Shown piece after piece: positions 30,657-39,517 of a stretch of DNA of 64,000 nt. The stretch is taken from IMG/VR virus record IMGVR_UViG_3300032173_000004, positions 1 through 64,000 of that record; one strand, written 5' to 3'. How positions within the stretch are numbered: position 1 is the first letter of the stretch; each line of letters opens with the position of its first letter. A program made the translations under genes and the position numbers. Below the pieces are notes generated by a model. That model saw nothing but the letters and a program-made list of their open reading frames with translations. It was not told the DNA's origin and did no database searches. Source of the DNA: a virus.

Positions 30657-31076
30657 CTAGAAGATCACCGGGTACCGATCCTCGACCACATCGTCGACGA
30701 ATCCACCCATCTTGATCTCCCCAATCTGGGGCATGTTAGCCGCATCGCCGCCGCCATCCATCACAGCCGTCACGACGTAGGATTCGATCGGCTGTGTCGG
30801 ACCCAATGTCGAGGTATCGAACCCATCCACATGCGTCGGCGTGTTCAAGTAGTACTCTCCTGGGCTGAGTGCAGACGACACCTCGTCCAGCTCCTGCAAC
30901 AGCTGAGTGGGTGACGCTTTGAACTCGTTGTCGCTCCAGTCCAGATAGAAATTGTCGCTTGTCCTCCGAACCTTGATCTTCACATTGGTAAGACCAGTCA
31001 TAGGTTGATCGACAGAATCGACCACCATGACGATGATGGGTTCCTTCTCGCCGGTTTTTATCCGAGCACTGAACAA
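30657..31076 (-). CDS. Ig-like virion structural protein
   Basis: 139 aa; DQPMTGLTNVKIKVRR...PGEYYL. Confidence 0.6.
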   Translation of the reverse strand: MFSARIKTGEKEPIIVMVVDSVDQPMTGLTNVKIKVRRTSDNFYLDWSDNEFKASPTQLLQELDEVSSALSPGEYYLNTPTHVDGFDTSTLGPTQPIESYVVTAVMDGGGDAANMPQIGEIKMGGFVDDVVEDRYPVIF

Positions 31077-31088
31077 GACGACCTCGCG

Positions 31089-31469
31089 TCATGTTGGCTT
31101 TTTCGACGACAACAACCCCGCCGTCACTGCCGGGAATGTGTCGCCGGTTGCCCTCTTCTTCGCTGCGCTTGATTTCTCTCTCACCGATGCCGCCAGGGCT
31201 ATCACCTGAGCGCTGCCCTCTTCAGCGATGGCGGCCTGAGCTTTGGCTTTCACATCCCTCTTTCTGCTTCTCAGTCCTACCTGTGCGCTAAGAGCCATGT
31301 CAAGCTGATCGCTGGAGATCAGGCCATTCGCTATGAGAAGCTTTCCCAGCATCACCTCAATCGACGAATCAGCTTGCTCCTCAACAGCACATTCAAGCTG
31401 ATGAGAATTGATAATCCCCATCGCAAGCAGGATAGCCCCCAAAGATGTCGGGTCATCCTTCGGATTCAT
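31089..31469 (-). CDS. Standalone MshEN-like protein (c-di-GMP receptor fold; Arg of RLG absent)
   Basis: Two tandem 24-aa motifs, SLGAILLAMGIINSHQLECAVEEQ and MLGKLLIANGLISSDQLDMALSAQ. Confidence 0.75.
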   Translation of the reverse strand: MNPKDDPTSLGAILLAMGIINSHQLECAVEEQADSSIEVMLGKLLIANGLISSDQLDMALSAQVGLRSRKRDVKAKAQAAIAEEGSAQVIALAASVREKSSAAKKRATGDTFPAVTAGLLSSKKPT

Positions 31470-31696
31470 CGCGGACTCCTCCGTATCTCATCAAGATCTC
31501 GTTCCACCTTCTGTAGCGTACCGTTGAACTCAGTGTTCGTCTTGGTCATGGCCATACCAAGATCGTATAGCTTGTCAGCCAGTTGATTGATCCTCTTCTG
31601 GCTGTTGATGAACAGAATGATAAACACCGCGCACACAATCCACGGCGCCCCTAGTTTCAACAACGCAGTGATGACTGGTCCAAGAGCGGCGTCCAT
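31466..31696 (-). CDS. Small single-TM protein, BhlA/UviB-like holin candidate
   Basis: 76 aa; TM GAPWIVCAVFIILFINS followed by a coiled coil. Confidence 0.55.
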   Translation of the reverse strand: MDAALGPVITALLKLGAPWIVCAVFIILFINSQKRINQLADKLYDLGMAMTKTNTEFNGTLQKVERDLDEIRRSPR

Positions 31697-31803
31697 GGGT
31701 ACCCCTTACCGAAGCCTATCAATGTAGTCGTTAAGCCTGAAGAACTTCTCCAGCAATTGCTGAATCAGCTCAAGGCCATCCTCCTCAGTAATCTCTCCAT
31801 CGT

Positions 31804-32007
31804 TTATCCTACCAACCAGCCTTTCAGGTCTCCTAGATCAATACCGAACTTAGCCTTGATCTTCTTGGCTAACGCTCTGAGGTCCGCAAGTTGTTGATCA
31901 AGAGTCTTCACCATTGGACACTCTACTACCTCACAAGAAAAGATCGAACGAAGTCGATCTTCCAAACTTGAAACCAGCCTAATGGCTGGAAACTCATTCG
32001 AGGACAT
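31804..32007 (-). CDS. Hypothetical protein, possibly frameshifted
   Basis: 67 aa; an overlapping -1 frame stays open to about 31706. Confidence 0.5.
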   Translation of the reverse strand: MSSNEFPAIRLVSSLEDRLRSIFSCEVVECPMVKTLDQQLADLRALAKKIKAKFGIDLGDLKGWLVG

Positions 32008-32205
32008 CTACCACTCAACCTTCGTGATGGCCTCAGTCAAGGATACTCTGGGTATACCCAAAGAATCACAGGCTGCTGCAATCAGCTCATCCACAGTCTC
32101 ACCCACCACCAATAACCTTAGCTCGGCACAAGTGGCCAAGTAGCCACACGTCAGAGTGCTCACCTCCCACACTGAGCCTTCCAGCACAAACGAAGTGAGA
32201 GGCAC
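32008..32205 (-). CDS. HicB-like small protein
   Basis: GYLATCAELRLLVVGETVDELIAAACDSL resembles the HicB N-terminal motif (YxAxCPEL...GETxEEA). Confidence 0.45.
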   Translation of the reverse strand: MPLTSFVLEGSVWEVSTLTCGYLATCAELRLLVVGETVDELIAAACDSLGIPRVSLTEAITKVEW

Positions 32206-32209
32206 ATTC

Positions 32210-32455
32210 TCACTCCTCTACAGTGGTCAGCAATTCGTTCAGACGTGCTGCGACCATCTCATCGGTGTACTGCCCCGCCGCGACGTAGGCTTCCTTATCC
32301 CAGAGAAGGATGTTCTGCCGCTGGGCACCGAGGCGGTACATGCACGTCACCCGCTGATTGATCGTGTCATCGGTGAACACCACGATCTCTGCTTCAGTAA
32401 CTTCACCCACCACGGTCTTCTTGCACGAGACCGGCTTGGACAGCGTGACCTTCAT
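32210..32455 (-). CDS. Hypothetical protein (possible fibre accessory)
   Basis: 81 aa with GAGGG RBS. Confidence 0.65.
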   Translation of the reverse strand: MKVTLSKPVSCKKTVVGEVTEAEIVVFTDDTINQRVTCMYRLGAQRQNILLWDKEAYVAAGQYTDEMVAARLNELLTTVEE

Positions 32456-32470
32456 GGTTCCCTCTCTTCG

Positions 32471-32578
32471 GTGATCGCCTCAACCCTGCAAGGAATGGAC
32501 AGCGCAGGCAGCCCATTAGAGGCAGCGTGGCAGCCGTAAACGACGGCGCGGCTCTCCTTGCAGGGTTCAAGCGATCAC
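32471..32578. repeat. 24-bp imperfect inverted repeat enclosing a structured 60-nt spacer
   Basis: GTGATCGCCTCAACCCTGCAAGGA ... TCCTTGCAGGGTTCAAGCGATCAC (2 mismatches); fills most of the intergenic space. Confidence 0.85.
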
Positions 32579-33346
32579 TCATCGGTTGATCCACAGGTTG
32601 TAGCGGCATGGCCCGGACCCGTTGTGCTGATCGGGCTTGGTCCCCGCCGAGATGATGACTTCAGACGATAGGGAGCTCCGCGCCCCGTTCGTCGGGTTGT
32701 AGTAGCAGACTCGATAGTGCCGCCACGGGCGAGCATCCGAGCCCTGATCAAACTGGGTCCGCAGGAACAGGCCCTCGTTATCCGTTCCCGCCGACGGCCC
32801 CCGGAACACCGGGAGGTAGCGGCGCCCGGCTCGGTATCCGGTTCCGGCCCCGTGGTCGCCGCCCTTCTGCCTGGTCAGCCTCCACCACTCGACCACGTAG
32901 CCCTCGGGAGGGAGAGCCACCTGGATCGCGTCGGGGGCGAGGAGCGGATCGTTCTGCTTCCAACCGTGGACGGTGTAGTCCGGGCGGTAGATGCCCCCGA
33001 CCAAGTGAACATGCACGAGCATGACGGACGGCGGGGCATGAAGGATGATCCGCTGCTTCCAGCGCAGCGTGAGCGCCACTCCGGCCGGGGGAGGAGTGGT
33101 CAGCGCGATGCCGATCTTGATGTCCCCCACGTTCATCCAGGGCGGGATGCTCCGTCCAATGTGACTGTAGAATCCGTCTCCCGGGTAGTGCATCGCCCCG
33201 CCGTAGTCCAGCTCCGTCTCGCTCACCGCATCGAAGAAGTGCTCCCCAAGCGGCAAAAAGTAGGCAGTCTGGTTGAGGACCGTGTTCATACCGACCGAGC
33301 GGTCCACGGTCACTTCTGGCAGTTGAGAGGATGGTGTGATCAGCAT
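32579..33346 (-). CDS. Hypothetical beta-rich protein
   Basis: 255 aa; TAATG-coupled to the upstream gene; visibly more GC-rich than its flanks. Confidence 0.7.
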   Translation of the reverse strand: MLITPSSQLPEVTVDRSVGMNTVLNQTAYFLPLGEHFFDAVSETELDYGGAMHYPGDGFYSHIGRSIPPWMNVGDIKIGIALTTPPPAGVALTLRWKQRIILHAPPSVMLVHVHLVGGIYRPDYTVHGWKQNDPLLAPDAIQVALPPEGYVVEWWRLTRQKGGDHGAGTGYRAGRRYLPVFRGPSAGTDNEGLFLRTQFDQGSDARPWRHYRVCYYNPTNGARSSLSSEVIISAGTKPDQHNGSGPCRYNLWINR

Positions 33347-34641
33347 TAGCGCACCGGCTCCGACGTTTCGATCATGCGGACGTTGCAGACCACATGCACC
33401 ATAGCCTGGGCTGCGCCTGTGCGGAACATCACTCCCATCCTCGTCTGGTGTGTTGGGAATGGAACGGAGACGACCCTCAAGTCCCAGGTGGCCGCGCCCT
33501 CGGTGTAGAGCTTCTCCTGCACTCCCTCTGCGGTCAGATCGAAGATAGCCCGGAACAGCGGACCGATGGTCGACTTAGCCAGCACCATTTGCTTGAGGCA
33601 CATGCGGTCAGTGCCGCTTGTCGCCACGGCCTCTACCAGGATGCACCACGTTCTTCGTGGTAGCCCCAGCACCAAGTCACCATCAACACCGAACTTCAGC
33701 TCCACCTCCTCGCCGACCGCATCCCCAGGGGTCTCTCCCCTGAGGACGAAGTGAGATCCCTGTGCGTCTCCAGCCTCAGAGAAGCACCCACCCGCCCAAG
33801 CGTGCTGGGTGTCATTGGTCGCGCGGCTCCACACGCCCTGGGCATGCGAGGCCGTTGCCTCTGCCTGCGAGCCGGTGCCTTGAGCAAAGGAGTCCGGCCC
33901 CGATGCTAGCGACGTCGAATCGCCCTGGGTCAGCGGACCATAGAAGCGGGAGGACTTGTCGCCGTAGACGATGAAGCACACCTCATCGTCGCTGTTCTGA
34001 ACCAGGGCGTAGGAATTCTGGTCATTGCCCAGGAGGTGGCTCTCTTCGGTCACCGCATTCTTGAAGAAGGAGCGGTCATCATCCCCCTGAACAGTGATCT
34101 CGAAGTTGCCCGAATTCCTCTTGAGGGTGACCTTTTGCACCCCGTCCGTGTGGCTGAGCACCACACCCTGGCCATCAGTAATGGGAACCAGATTCCCGGT
34201 GAGCAACTTCCACAGTAGTGCTGCATCAAGTTGTCTGATTGCCTCTTGTACCTGATTGGCAGTGATATGAGTAAGACCAACAGGATCAAAACCAGTTCTC
34301 AGTGCTCCAGGAGGATGACGAAATTCTACCAACCCTCCTGTGGAATCTGGAATGTTTTCTACGACAGTGAAAGTGAGATCATCAATAACACTTGCAACTG
34401 TGTAGTTTCCGTCGGCTGACCCTCCAGATGTCCCAGATAGTGTAACTCTATCCTTCGGCTCAATCCTTTGATCTGGCTCTTGGATAAGGTATACACCACT
34501 GACCACCACACGTTTGGTGGAGTGCGTCGTGGACACCACCGTTACCCCCGTTTGGATAACTGTGGTACCGTCGCTGTTCAACTCGACGGCATCGACGATA
34601 TCAAGATCGTCGATATCCCATCTGGACAGACCACGCGGCAT
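33346..34641 (-). CDS. Fibre-like protein with YadA-head-like repeats
   Basis: 431 aa; ASGPDSFAQGTGSQAEATASHAQGVWSRAT 14-aa repeats; neck-like ANQVQEAIRQL. Confidence 0.6.
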   Translation of the reverse strand: MPRGLSRWDIDDLDIVDAVELNSDGTTVIQTGVTVVSTTHSTKRVVVSGVYLIQEPDQRIEPKDRVTLSGTSGGSADGNYTVASVIDDLTFTVVENIPDSTGGLVEFRHPPGALRTGFDPVGLTHITANQVQEAIRQLDAALLWKLLTGNLVPITDGQGVVLSHTDGVQKVTLKRNSGNFEITVQGDDDRSFFKNAVTEESHLLGNDQNSYALVQNSDDEVCFIVYGDKSSRFYGPLTQGDSTSLASGPDSFAQGTGSQAEATASHAQGVWSRATNDTQHAWAGGCFSEAGDAQGSHFVLRGETPGDAVGEEVELKFGVDGDLVLGLPRRTWCILVEAVATSGTDRMCLKQMVLAKSTIGPLFRAIFDLTAEGVQEKLYTEGAATWDLRVVSVPFPTHQTRMGVMFRTGAAQAMVHVVCNVRMIETSEPVR

Positions 34642-34643
34642 TG

Positions 34644-35324
34644 CTACTTGTCCTTGGCCTTTCTGCGCCGTTTCTTTTCTTCGGCCTGGGCGACTACAGG
34701 CTTCTCTTTCACCGGAACCTCTTTCAGGCTGTCACCTACCACCTCCTGAATGGCCCGGGACTCCTGAGCCCTGGTATTCGGTGGTGCCTGACCAAGGATG
34801 CCACCAAGAATACCCTGAGTCTGGTTGATCGCCTCTCGAGTGATCTCTTGTTCCTTCGCACCACCCAACGCCAATGCCTCATCTGCAGCAAGATCAGCTT
34901 CACGCTGAACGATGTCTTTCTCCAACTCGTCAGCCTGCTCTGTCTCTCCACTGGCTTTCAGCTCAGCCAAACGAACTCGATCTTCTTCCAATGCCCGGCG
35001 CTCGATTATGCGAGCCCCAGCCAAGATTCGAAGACGCTCTCGAGTACGAGCATCCACTATGTTCATCACCAGGCTGCCCATCATGGAACACACGTTGGTC
35101 GCTGCCTGGTGATATGCCTTCTGCCGCTCCAACTCCATCAGGGCGGCCTCGTTCTTGAGTCTCAGGGCCTCTACAGCCTTGAGAATCTGAAGAAGAGTCC
35201 CCTGATACTCTTCTGGAGTCGCTGCACCCTGCTCTACGGCCCTGGTCAGGACATCTTGCAGATGGCTAAATTGCTCGGTGAAAGTACCGTGCTCCATCTG
35301 CCCTGACTTCGATCCAATTGGCAT
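34644..35324 (-). CDS. Coiled-coil hypothetical protein
   Basis: 226 aa, helical and charged, basic C-terminus; AGGAG RBS. Confidence 0.7.
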   Translation of the reverse strand: MPIGSKSGQMEHGTFTEQFSHLQDVLTRAVEQGAATPEEYQGTLLQILKAVEALRLKNEAALMELERQKAYHQAATNVCSMMGSLVMNIVDARTRERLRILAGARIIERRALEEDRVRLAELKASGETEQADELEKDIVQREADLAADEALALGGAKEQEITREAINQTQGILGGILGQAPPNTRAQESRAIQEVVGDSLKEVPVKEKPVVAQAEEKKRRRKAKDK

Positions 35325-35347
35325 CGCAATTTTCTCCTATACAAGCC

Positions 35348-35701
35348 TTACTTGCACTCCTCTATGAACCTTTCCCACTCTGGCTTCTCTTGTGACTCTG
35401 TTTCAGCAATACCTCCTGTGAAACCCAACATGATCATTTTTCTTCTCAGCTGAGAAAAGCTGAGAACCTCAGGTTCGTCTGGCACGGATTGAGAAACGTT
35501 AGCCTTCTTCCGTGCCGCTACGATCTGATTAACGATCGTAATGCAATCTTGACAGTAGTCTCCCCACGATGACTTGGGCAATGTGTTTCCACTGACCTTG
35601 TACATCCGACAACCCGATGGAACATCGTGACCACTCTTGCACCACAGCACAGAGGGGTTCAGGATTTCATCGATCGTCAGATCTGCCTTCAATGTAAACA
35701 T
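35348..35701 (-). CDS. Hypothetical protein with possible Zn-binding CxxxH...CxxC
   Basis: 117 aa; WCKSGH...YCQDC. Confidence 0.65.
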   Translation of the reverse strand: MFTLKADLTIDEILNPSVLWCKSGHDVPSGCRMYKVSGNTLPKSSWGDYCQDCITIVNQIVAARKKANVSQSVPDEPEVLSFSQLRRKMIMLGFTGGIAETESQEKPEWERFIEECK

Positions 35702-35710
35702 GTTGATCCT

Positions 35711-35759
35711 TAAAACCTAGATAGGGAACGCAGGTGTTATTCCACGTTCCCTATCTAGG
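35711..35759 (-). terminator. Intrinsic terminator
   Basis: 15-bp perfect stem CCTAGATAGGGAACG...CGTTCCCTATCTAGG followed by TTTTA. Confidence 0.8.
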
Positions 35760-35771
35760 GTCAATCAGTTG

Positions 35772-37742
35772 CTACCCAACCACGAAGTAGTTGATGTGAT
35801 CACCTGCATTGATCTTGGTGTACGGAGTGATGTGCGTGGTGTCCGTCTCCTCGTAGTCATCTCCGTTGGCAACAGTGCCAGGATCACGCAACAGGCCGCG
35901 CCAGAACACCCACAAACGACGACCATTGCCAGTGCCATCGAGGACGTAGGTCACACCACCGGCGATATGATTGGTGAACTTCGGAACACCTGGTCCACCT
36001 GAGGCCAAACGCTCGATGGTACGCACCGATCCTGCCGCTCCGATGGCATCAGAGAGACGCTGTAGCGACTGAGTGATCGTCTCGCCATCATGCGGAGCCA
36101 GTACACCAGTTCCACTGTAGGTACGGTTGCCGATCTGATCGTTGATCGCCTGCACGATCTCTTCGAGACTGGACATCGCCGGACTCGGCAGGTTGTTGAA
36201 GATGTAATAGGCACCCGTGTTGGTGAGAACTGGGTGCTGCTCTCCTGGAGCGGCACCCGTGAAGAGCTGAAGATTGTGGATCGCCGTAGCCAGAGCTGCA
36301 TCACTCGTGATGCCTCCAACCATGGTGGTACGGAAAGCGGTGTCGTCGAGCTGGTCAAGACGATACCGATCTCCATTGTAAAAGTCCCACAAATTGCCTT
36401 CCTGGGAGACCGCCCACTTGATGGACCCGCTGTTGGCATCAGCAGAGAAGTTCCCTGTCCTCGTGACAGTGACCTGCGTAGCAGAATCCACCGTCTCGAT
36501 CTGGTAGATCCCGCAGTCGCCAGCAGTGCCGCAGTTGTACAACGTGATGAATCGGCCCACGTCTTCGGCAACCATGCCAGTGAGGCCACCGATCTGCTTG
36601 TTTCCGCCAGCAAGAGTAGCAACTGACCCGTTGCGGCCAGCAAGCATCTGAAGAACTGCATTGGTGGCGGTACCGTCGTTGAGCCCCGTCAGAAGCTGCA
36701 CGAAGAACCGAACGCCTTCATTGTCAGCAGTGCGCTTGGGGTCCTTGATGTTGCCGAAGCTTCGACCGAAAAGAGCCAGATCAGCGTTCGTGAGAGGATG
36801 GAACCCTGTGACCGTGCTGATCATCTCCACGAAAGTGGCATCGTAGTGAGTGTTGTCGAATGCTCCAGCATCCGCGATGGGGATACCTGTCGTGTCCGTG
36901 GCGTCCGCGTAATTACGGGCACTGAGAACACCCTTGAGACCGGCGACGAGGGCCCAGTTGCAGGCCTCAGCCGTGGCCGAATTGAGGCCATCCAACTCAA
37001 CCGAGTTGTTGGCATTGACAGTCTTGATCCGATAGGTTCCATCTGCATCCGTGGAACCAGATATCGTGATGAAGCTGTTGAGATCCAACGCCGTGAAGTG
37101 CATCTTGGTGGTGGTGAAGGTCTCATCACCGATCAGAAGAGCACCGTCAACATCATTGATCGGAGGACGAAGCTGGATGTTGTGCTGCAGCTCATCCCTC
37201 ACGATGGGCTTGGCATCCGTGGTCTTGCCAGCGATGTTGGTGAGGTTGGCTGGAACTGGGGTTCCCGTGGCATCCGGCCTGGTGTAGGTCGGAACGGCGG
37301 TGTAGTGCTGAGCAGTACCTTTGATGTTCTTGCGGTCGGTTCGAGCGAAGTTGATGTCGTCCGCGATGGTGTACGCATCGTTCGTCTTGAACGTGGCTGC
37401 ACACGGAGCCACTTCGATCCCACCACCAGTGATGGCAAGAAAGGTGAGACTCGTGGCAGTTCGAGAAACGATCAACGAAGTACCGTTGTTGCCAGCCACC
37501 GAGTTCTCGATCGTGATGAACCGACCGATCTCAGCGTCAGTGAATGCCGCCCCCGTATCCGTCAGCGTCTGCAGACCGAGAGCTGGAGCCGAGATGTCCT
37601 CATTCGCTGCTGCCGTCGGTCCGGTCGTCCCCTGCGCTCCCAGAAGACCAGCCTCGTCTACCGGGAGGTTCTTGCTGTTGTTGACCGGTACTGTTCCCAT
37701 CATGTCGATGGATGGATCCAACACATTTCTTCTCGTACTCAT
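35772..37742 (-). CDS. Virion structural / decoration protein with repeated beta modules
   Basis: 656 aa; three GxFITI...GxYxI repeats; C-terminal LWVFWRGLLRDPG...DDYEE...GDHINY; AGGAGG RBS. Confidence 0.75.
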   Translation of the reverse strand: MSTRRNVLDPSIDMMGTVPVNNSKNLPVDEAGLLGAQGTTGPTAAANEDISAPALGLQTLTDTGAAFTDAEIGRFITIENSVAGNNGTSLIVSRTATSLTFLAITGGGIEVAPCAATFKTNDAYTIADDINFARTDRKNIKGTAQHYTAVPTYTRPDATGTPVPANLTNIAGKTTDAKPIVRDELQHNIQLRPPINDVDGALLIGDETFTTTKMHFTALDLNSFITISGSTDADGTYRIKTVNANNSVELDGLNSATAEACNWALVAGLKGVLSARNYADATDTTGIPIADAGAFDNTHYDATFVEMISTVTGFHPLTNADLALFGRSFGNIKDPKRTADNEGVRFFVQLLTGLNDGTATNAVLQMLAGRNGSVATLAGGNKQIGGLTGMVAEDVGRFITLYNCGTAGDCGIYQIETVDSATQVTVTRTGNFSADANSGSIKWAVSQEGNLWDFYNGDRYRLDQLDDTAFRTTMVGGITSDAALATAIHNLQLFTGAAPGEQHPVLTNTGAYYIFNNLPSPAMSSLEEIVQAINDQIGNRTYSGTGVLAPHDGETITQSLQRLSDAIGAAGSVRTIERLASGGPGVPKFTNHIAGGVTYVLDGTGNGRRLWVFWRGLLRDPGTVANGDDYEETDTTHITPYTKINAGDHINYFVVG

Positions 37743-37760
37743 CTGCTCCTCCTGATCCGG

Positions 37761-38060
37761 TTAAATCGCGGTGTAATCAGCGACAAGCTGTGTCCTTGAA
37801 CTCGGTGCCCACGATGTCAACTTCACACGATCATAGTTACCAGATCCGGGCACACTCTCTAGAACCTGGTATTCGTAATCGTTCAGCTTCCGTCCGCCGT
37901 GGTATACTCTCACCACCGAGTATGGAAGATCAACAAACGCAGGCTCCGGCAGGATGAACAATCTGTTCAATCCATCACAAACACCCGACAATGGAATGTT
38001 CCACCGAAACCGACCCAATAGGATCGCGGCAGCTTTAGATCCTATGGGTTGAAGGATCAT
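37761..38060 (-). CDS. Small virion structural protein
   Basis: 99 aa; SGVCDGLNRLF...VRVYHGGRKL...LVADY, typical virion beta module. Confidence 0.65.
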   Translation of the reverse strand: MILQPIGSKAAAILLGRFRWNIPLSGVCDGLNRLFILPEPAFVDLPYSVVRVYHGGRKLNDYEYQVLESVPGSGNYDRVKLTSWAPSSRTQLVADYTAI

Positions 38061-38072
38061 TCGTTCTCCTTC

Positions 38073-38396
38073 CTACGCGATGATCCCCATCACCGAATAC
38101 TTCGCGACTGCACCAGAAGTCCCTCTCACCCGACAGCGATGAATCACCACTGGAAACGGAATCGTGGTGAGCGGAGCAATGGCAAACCACCTGCCGTCGA
38201 CACCGTCAGCAAAGCTCACCTCGAGGGTATTGCCAGCAGAACCCTCCATGTTGGTGACGATGACAGCAGCTGTGGATTGACGGTTTCGATTTGGCCCCAT
38301 GTCGAACGAAATCTCTATGCCTTCCGGTGTTGACGCTGCATCCGGCGCACTCCCGATTCCATTCGTGGGGTGGATAGGCCTACCAGGCTTGAACAT
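38073..38396 (-). CDS. Small beta-sandwich protein, possible head decoration
   Basis: 107 aa; IVTNMEGSAGNTLEVSF. Confidence 0.6.
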   Translation of the reverse strand: MFKPGRPIHPTNGIGSAPDAASTPEGIEISFDMGPNRNRQSTAAVIVTNMEGSAGNTLEVSFADGVDGRWFAIAPLTTIPFPVVIHRCRVRGTSGAVAKYSVMGIIA

Positions 38397-38526
38397 GATG
38401 TGCTCCGTTTGTCAAAGCCCCAAAGGTGGGAGGGGCACATAGAGGGAATTCACATGCCGGCGCATGGCGCCGGATCATCGTCTGCGCATCACCATCTTGC
38501 GCAGATATGACAGCCGGAAGTGCATC

Positions 38527-38775
38527 CTACGTGTGCAGCGCCGGAGCCGGGTTCAGCCTGATGTTGGGCTTCGCCTGCAGCTTGTAGACGAGCGTCTGCA
38601 TGGAAGCTTCCGCCGTCACGGCCAGGGCATTGACCGCCCCGATGTTGGCAGCCGTCTTGAGGTCTGTGATCAGCGTGCCCAGCATGTCGAGCAGCTGGTT
38701 GTAGCTGTGGATCAACTGAGCCGTCTCCTGAGACGGGGTGTCGCCGACTACCTTCTGAGTCATCAGGTTCGCCAT
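38527..38775 (-). CDS. Hypothetical structural protein
   Basis: 82 aa with TAGGAG RBS; capsid-like codon usage. Confidence 0.7.
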   Translation of the reverse strand: MANLMTQKVVGDTPSQETAQLIHSYNQLLDMLGTLITDLKTAANIGAVNALAVTAEASMQTLVYKLQAKPNIRLNPAPALHT

Positions 38776-38784
38776 TGTCTTCTC

Positions 38785-39411
38785 CTAGCGTTTGCCCTTC
38801 GGCGGCATCCGACGTCGAGGGGTTGCCTTATCTGCGTCGTTTTCTACCTCAGCATCCACTGAAGCAGCGTCTTGATGCTCTTGCTCGTCGATCTCCTGTG
38901 CCAGCTCCTGTTCGGCAATCAGAGCTGCATCTTCTTTTGCCTCTGCGCGGGCCTCTGCACGAGCTTCCTTGGCCTCTGCACGAGCTTCCTTGGCCTCTGC
39001 GCGGGCCTCTGCACGAGCTTCCTTGGCCTCTTCTTTTGTCATCTTGACATCAAGATCCGGCGCAATTGCCACCGGAAGATCCTCAGCAGTCTTTTGAGGA
39101 TCGACGATCTTTGCCAAACCTCGAGCACTGCGGATGTAGGTCTCGCAGTCGTATCTGGCATTCCCCGCGTCACGAATCTTCGCGATCCCCTGTCCGTCAA
39201 ACGCGATGACTGTGGATCCTACTACCACGTTTCGATTCTTCATCCAGCGGTGTTCAATGAGGATCATCGGCATGGCCTCCCACGGATTCACACGATCCTC
39301 CATCGAAGCTTGAGCCAGTTTGATCGCCAATTCGGGGTACATCTTCCCGACGGCTCTTTGGTGCTTCAGGAGATCCGCGATCGTCAGGTTGTCTTCGATC
39401 GTACCAGGCAT
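38785..39411 (-). CDS. Hypothetical protein with EAKEARA repeats
   Basis: 208 aa directly after the capsid gene; exact DNA tandem repeats at about 38937-39030. Confidence 0.7.
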   Translation of the reverse strand: MPGTIEDNLTIADLLKHQRAVGKMYPELAIKLAQASMEDRVNPWEAMPMILIEHRWMKNRNVVVGSTVIAFDGQGIAKIRDAGNARYDCETYIRSARGLAKIVDPQKTAEDLPVAIAPDLDVKMTKEEAKEARAEARAEAKEARAEAKEARAEARAEAKEDAALIAEQELAQEIDEQEHQDAASVDAEVENDADKATPRRRMPPKGKR

Positions 39412-39433
39412 CGCAAACCTGCGCAGCTTTTCT

Positions 39434-39478
39434 AGAAATACCCTTGGGCGAGGGGCCTAAACCCTTGTCGCCCAAGGG
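39434..39478 (-). terminator. Terminator after the major capsid gene
   Basis: CCCTTGGGCGA...TCGCCCAAGGG stem followed by TATTTCT. Confidence 0.65.
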
Positions 39479-39517
39479 GATCCACCACCATCCTACTTCA
39501 ACCCAGCCGTACCCCTA

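Noticed and set aside
32471-33346. Diversity-generating retroelement target (gene followed by a hairpin)
   Set aside because: No reverse transcriptase and no adenine-variant template/variable repeat pair noticed in the window
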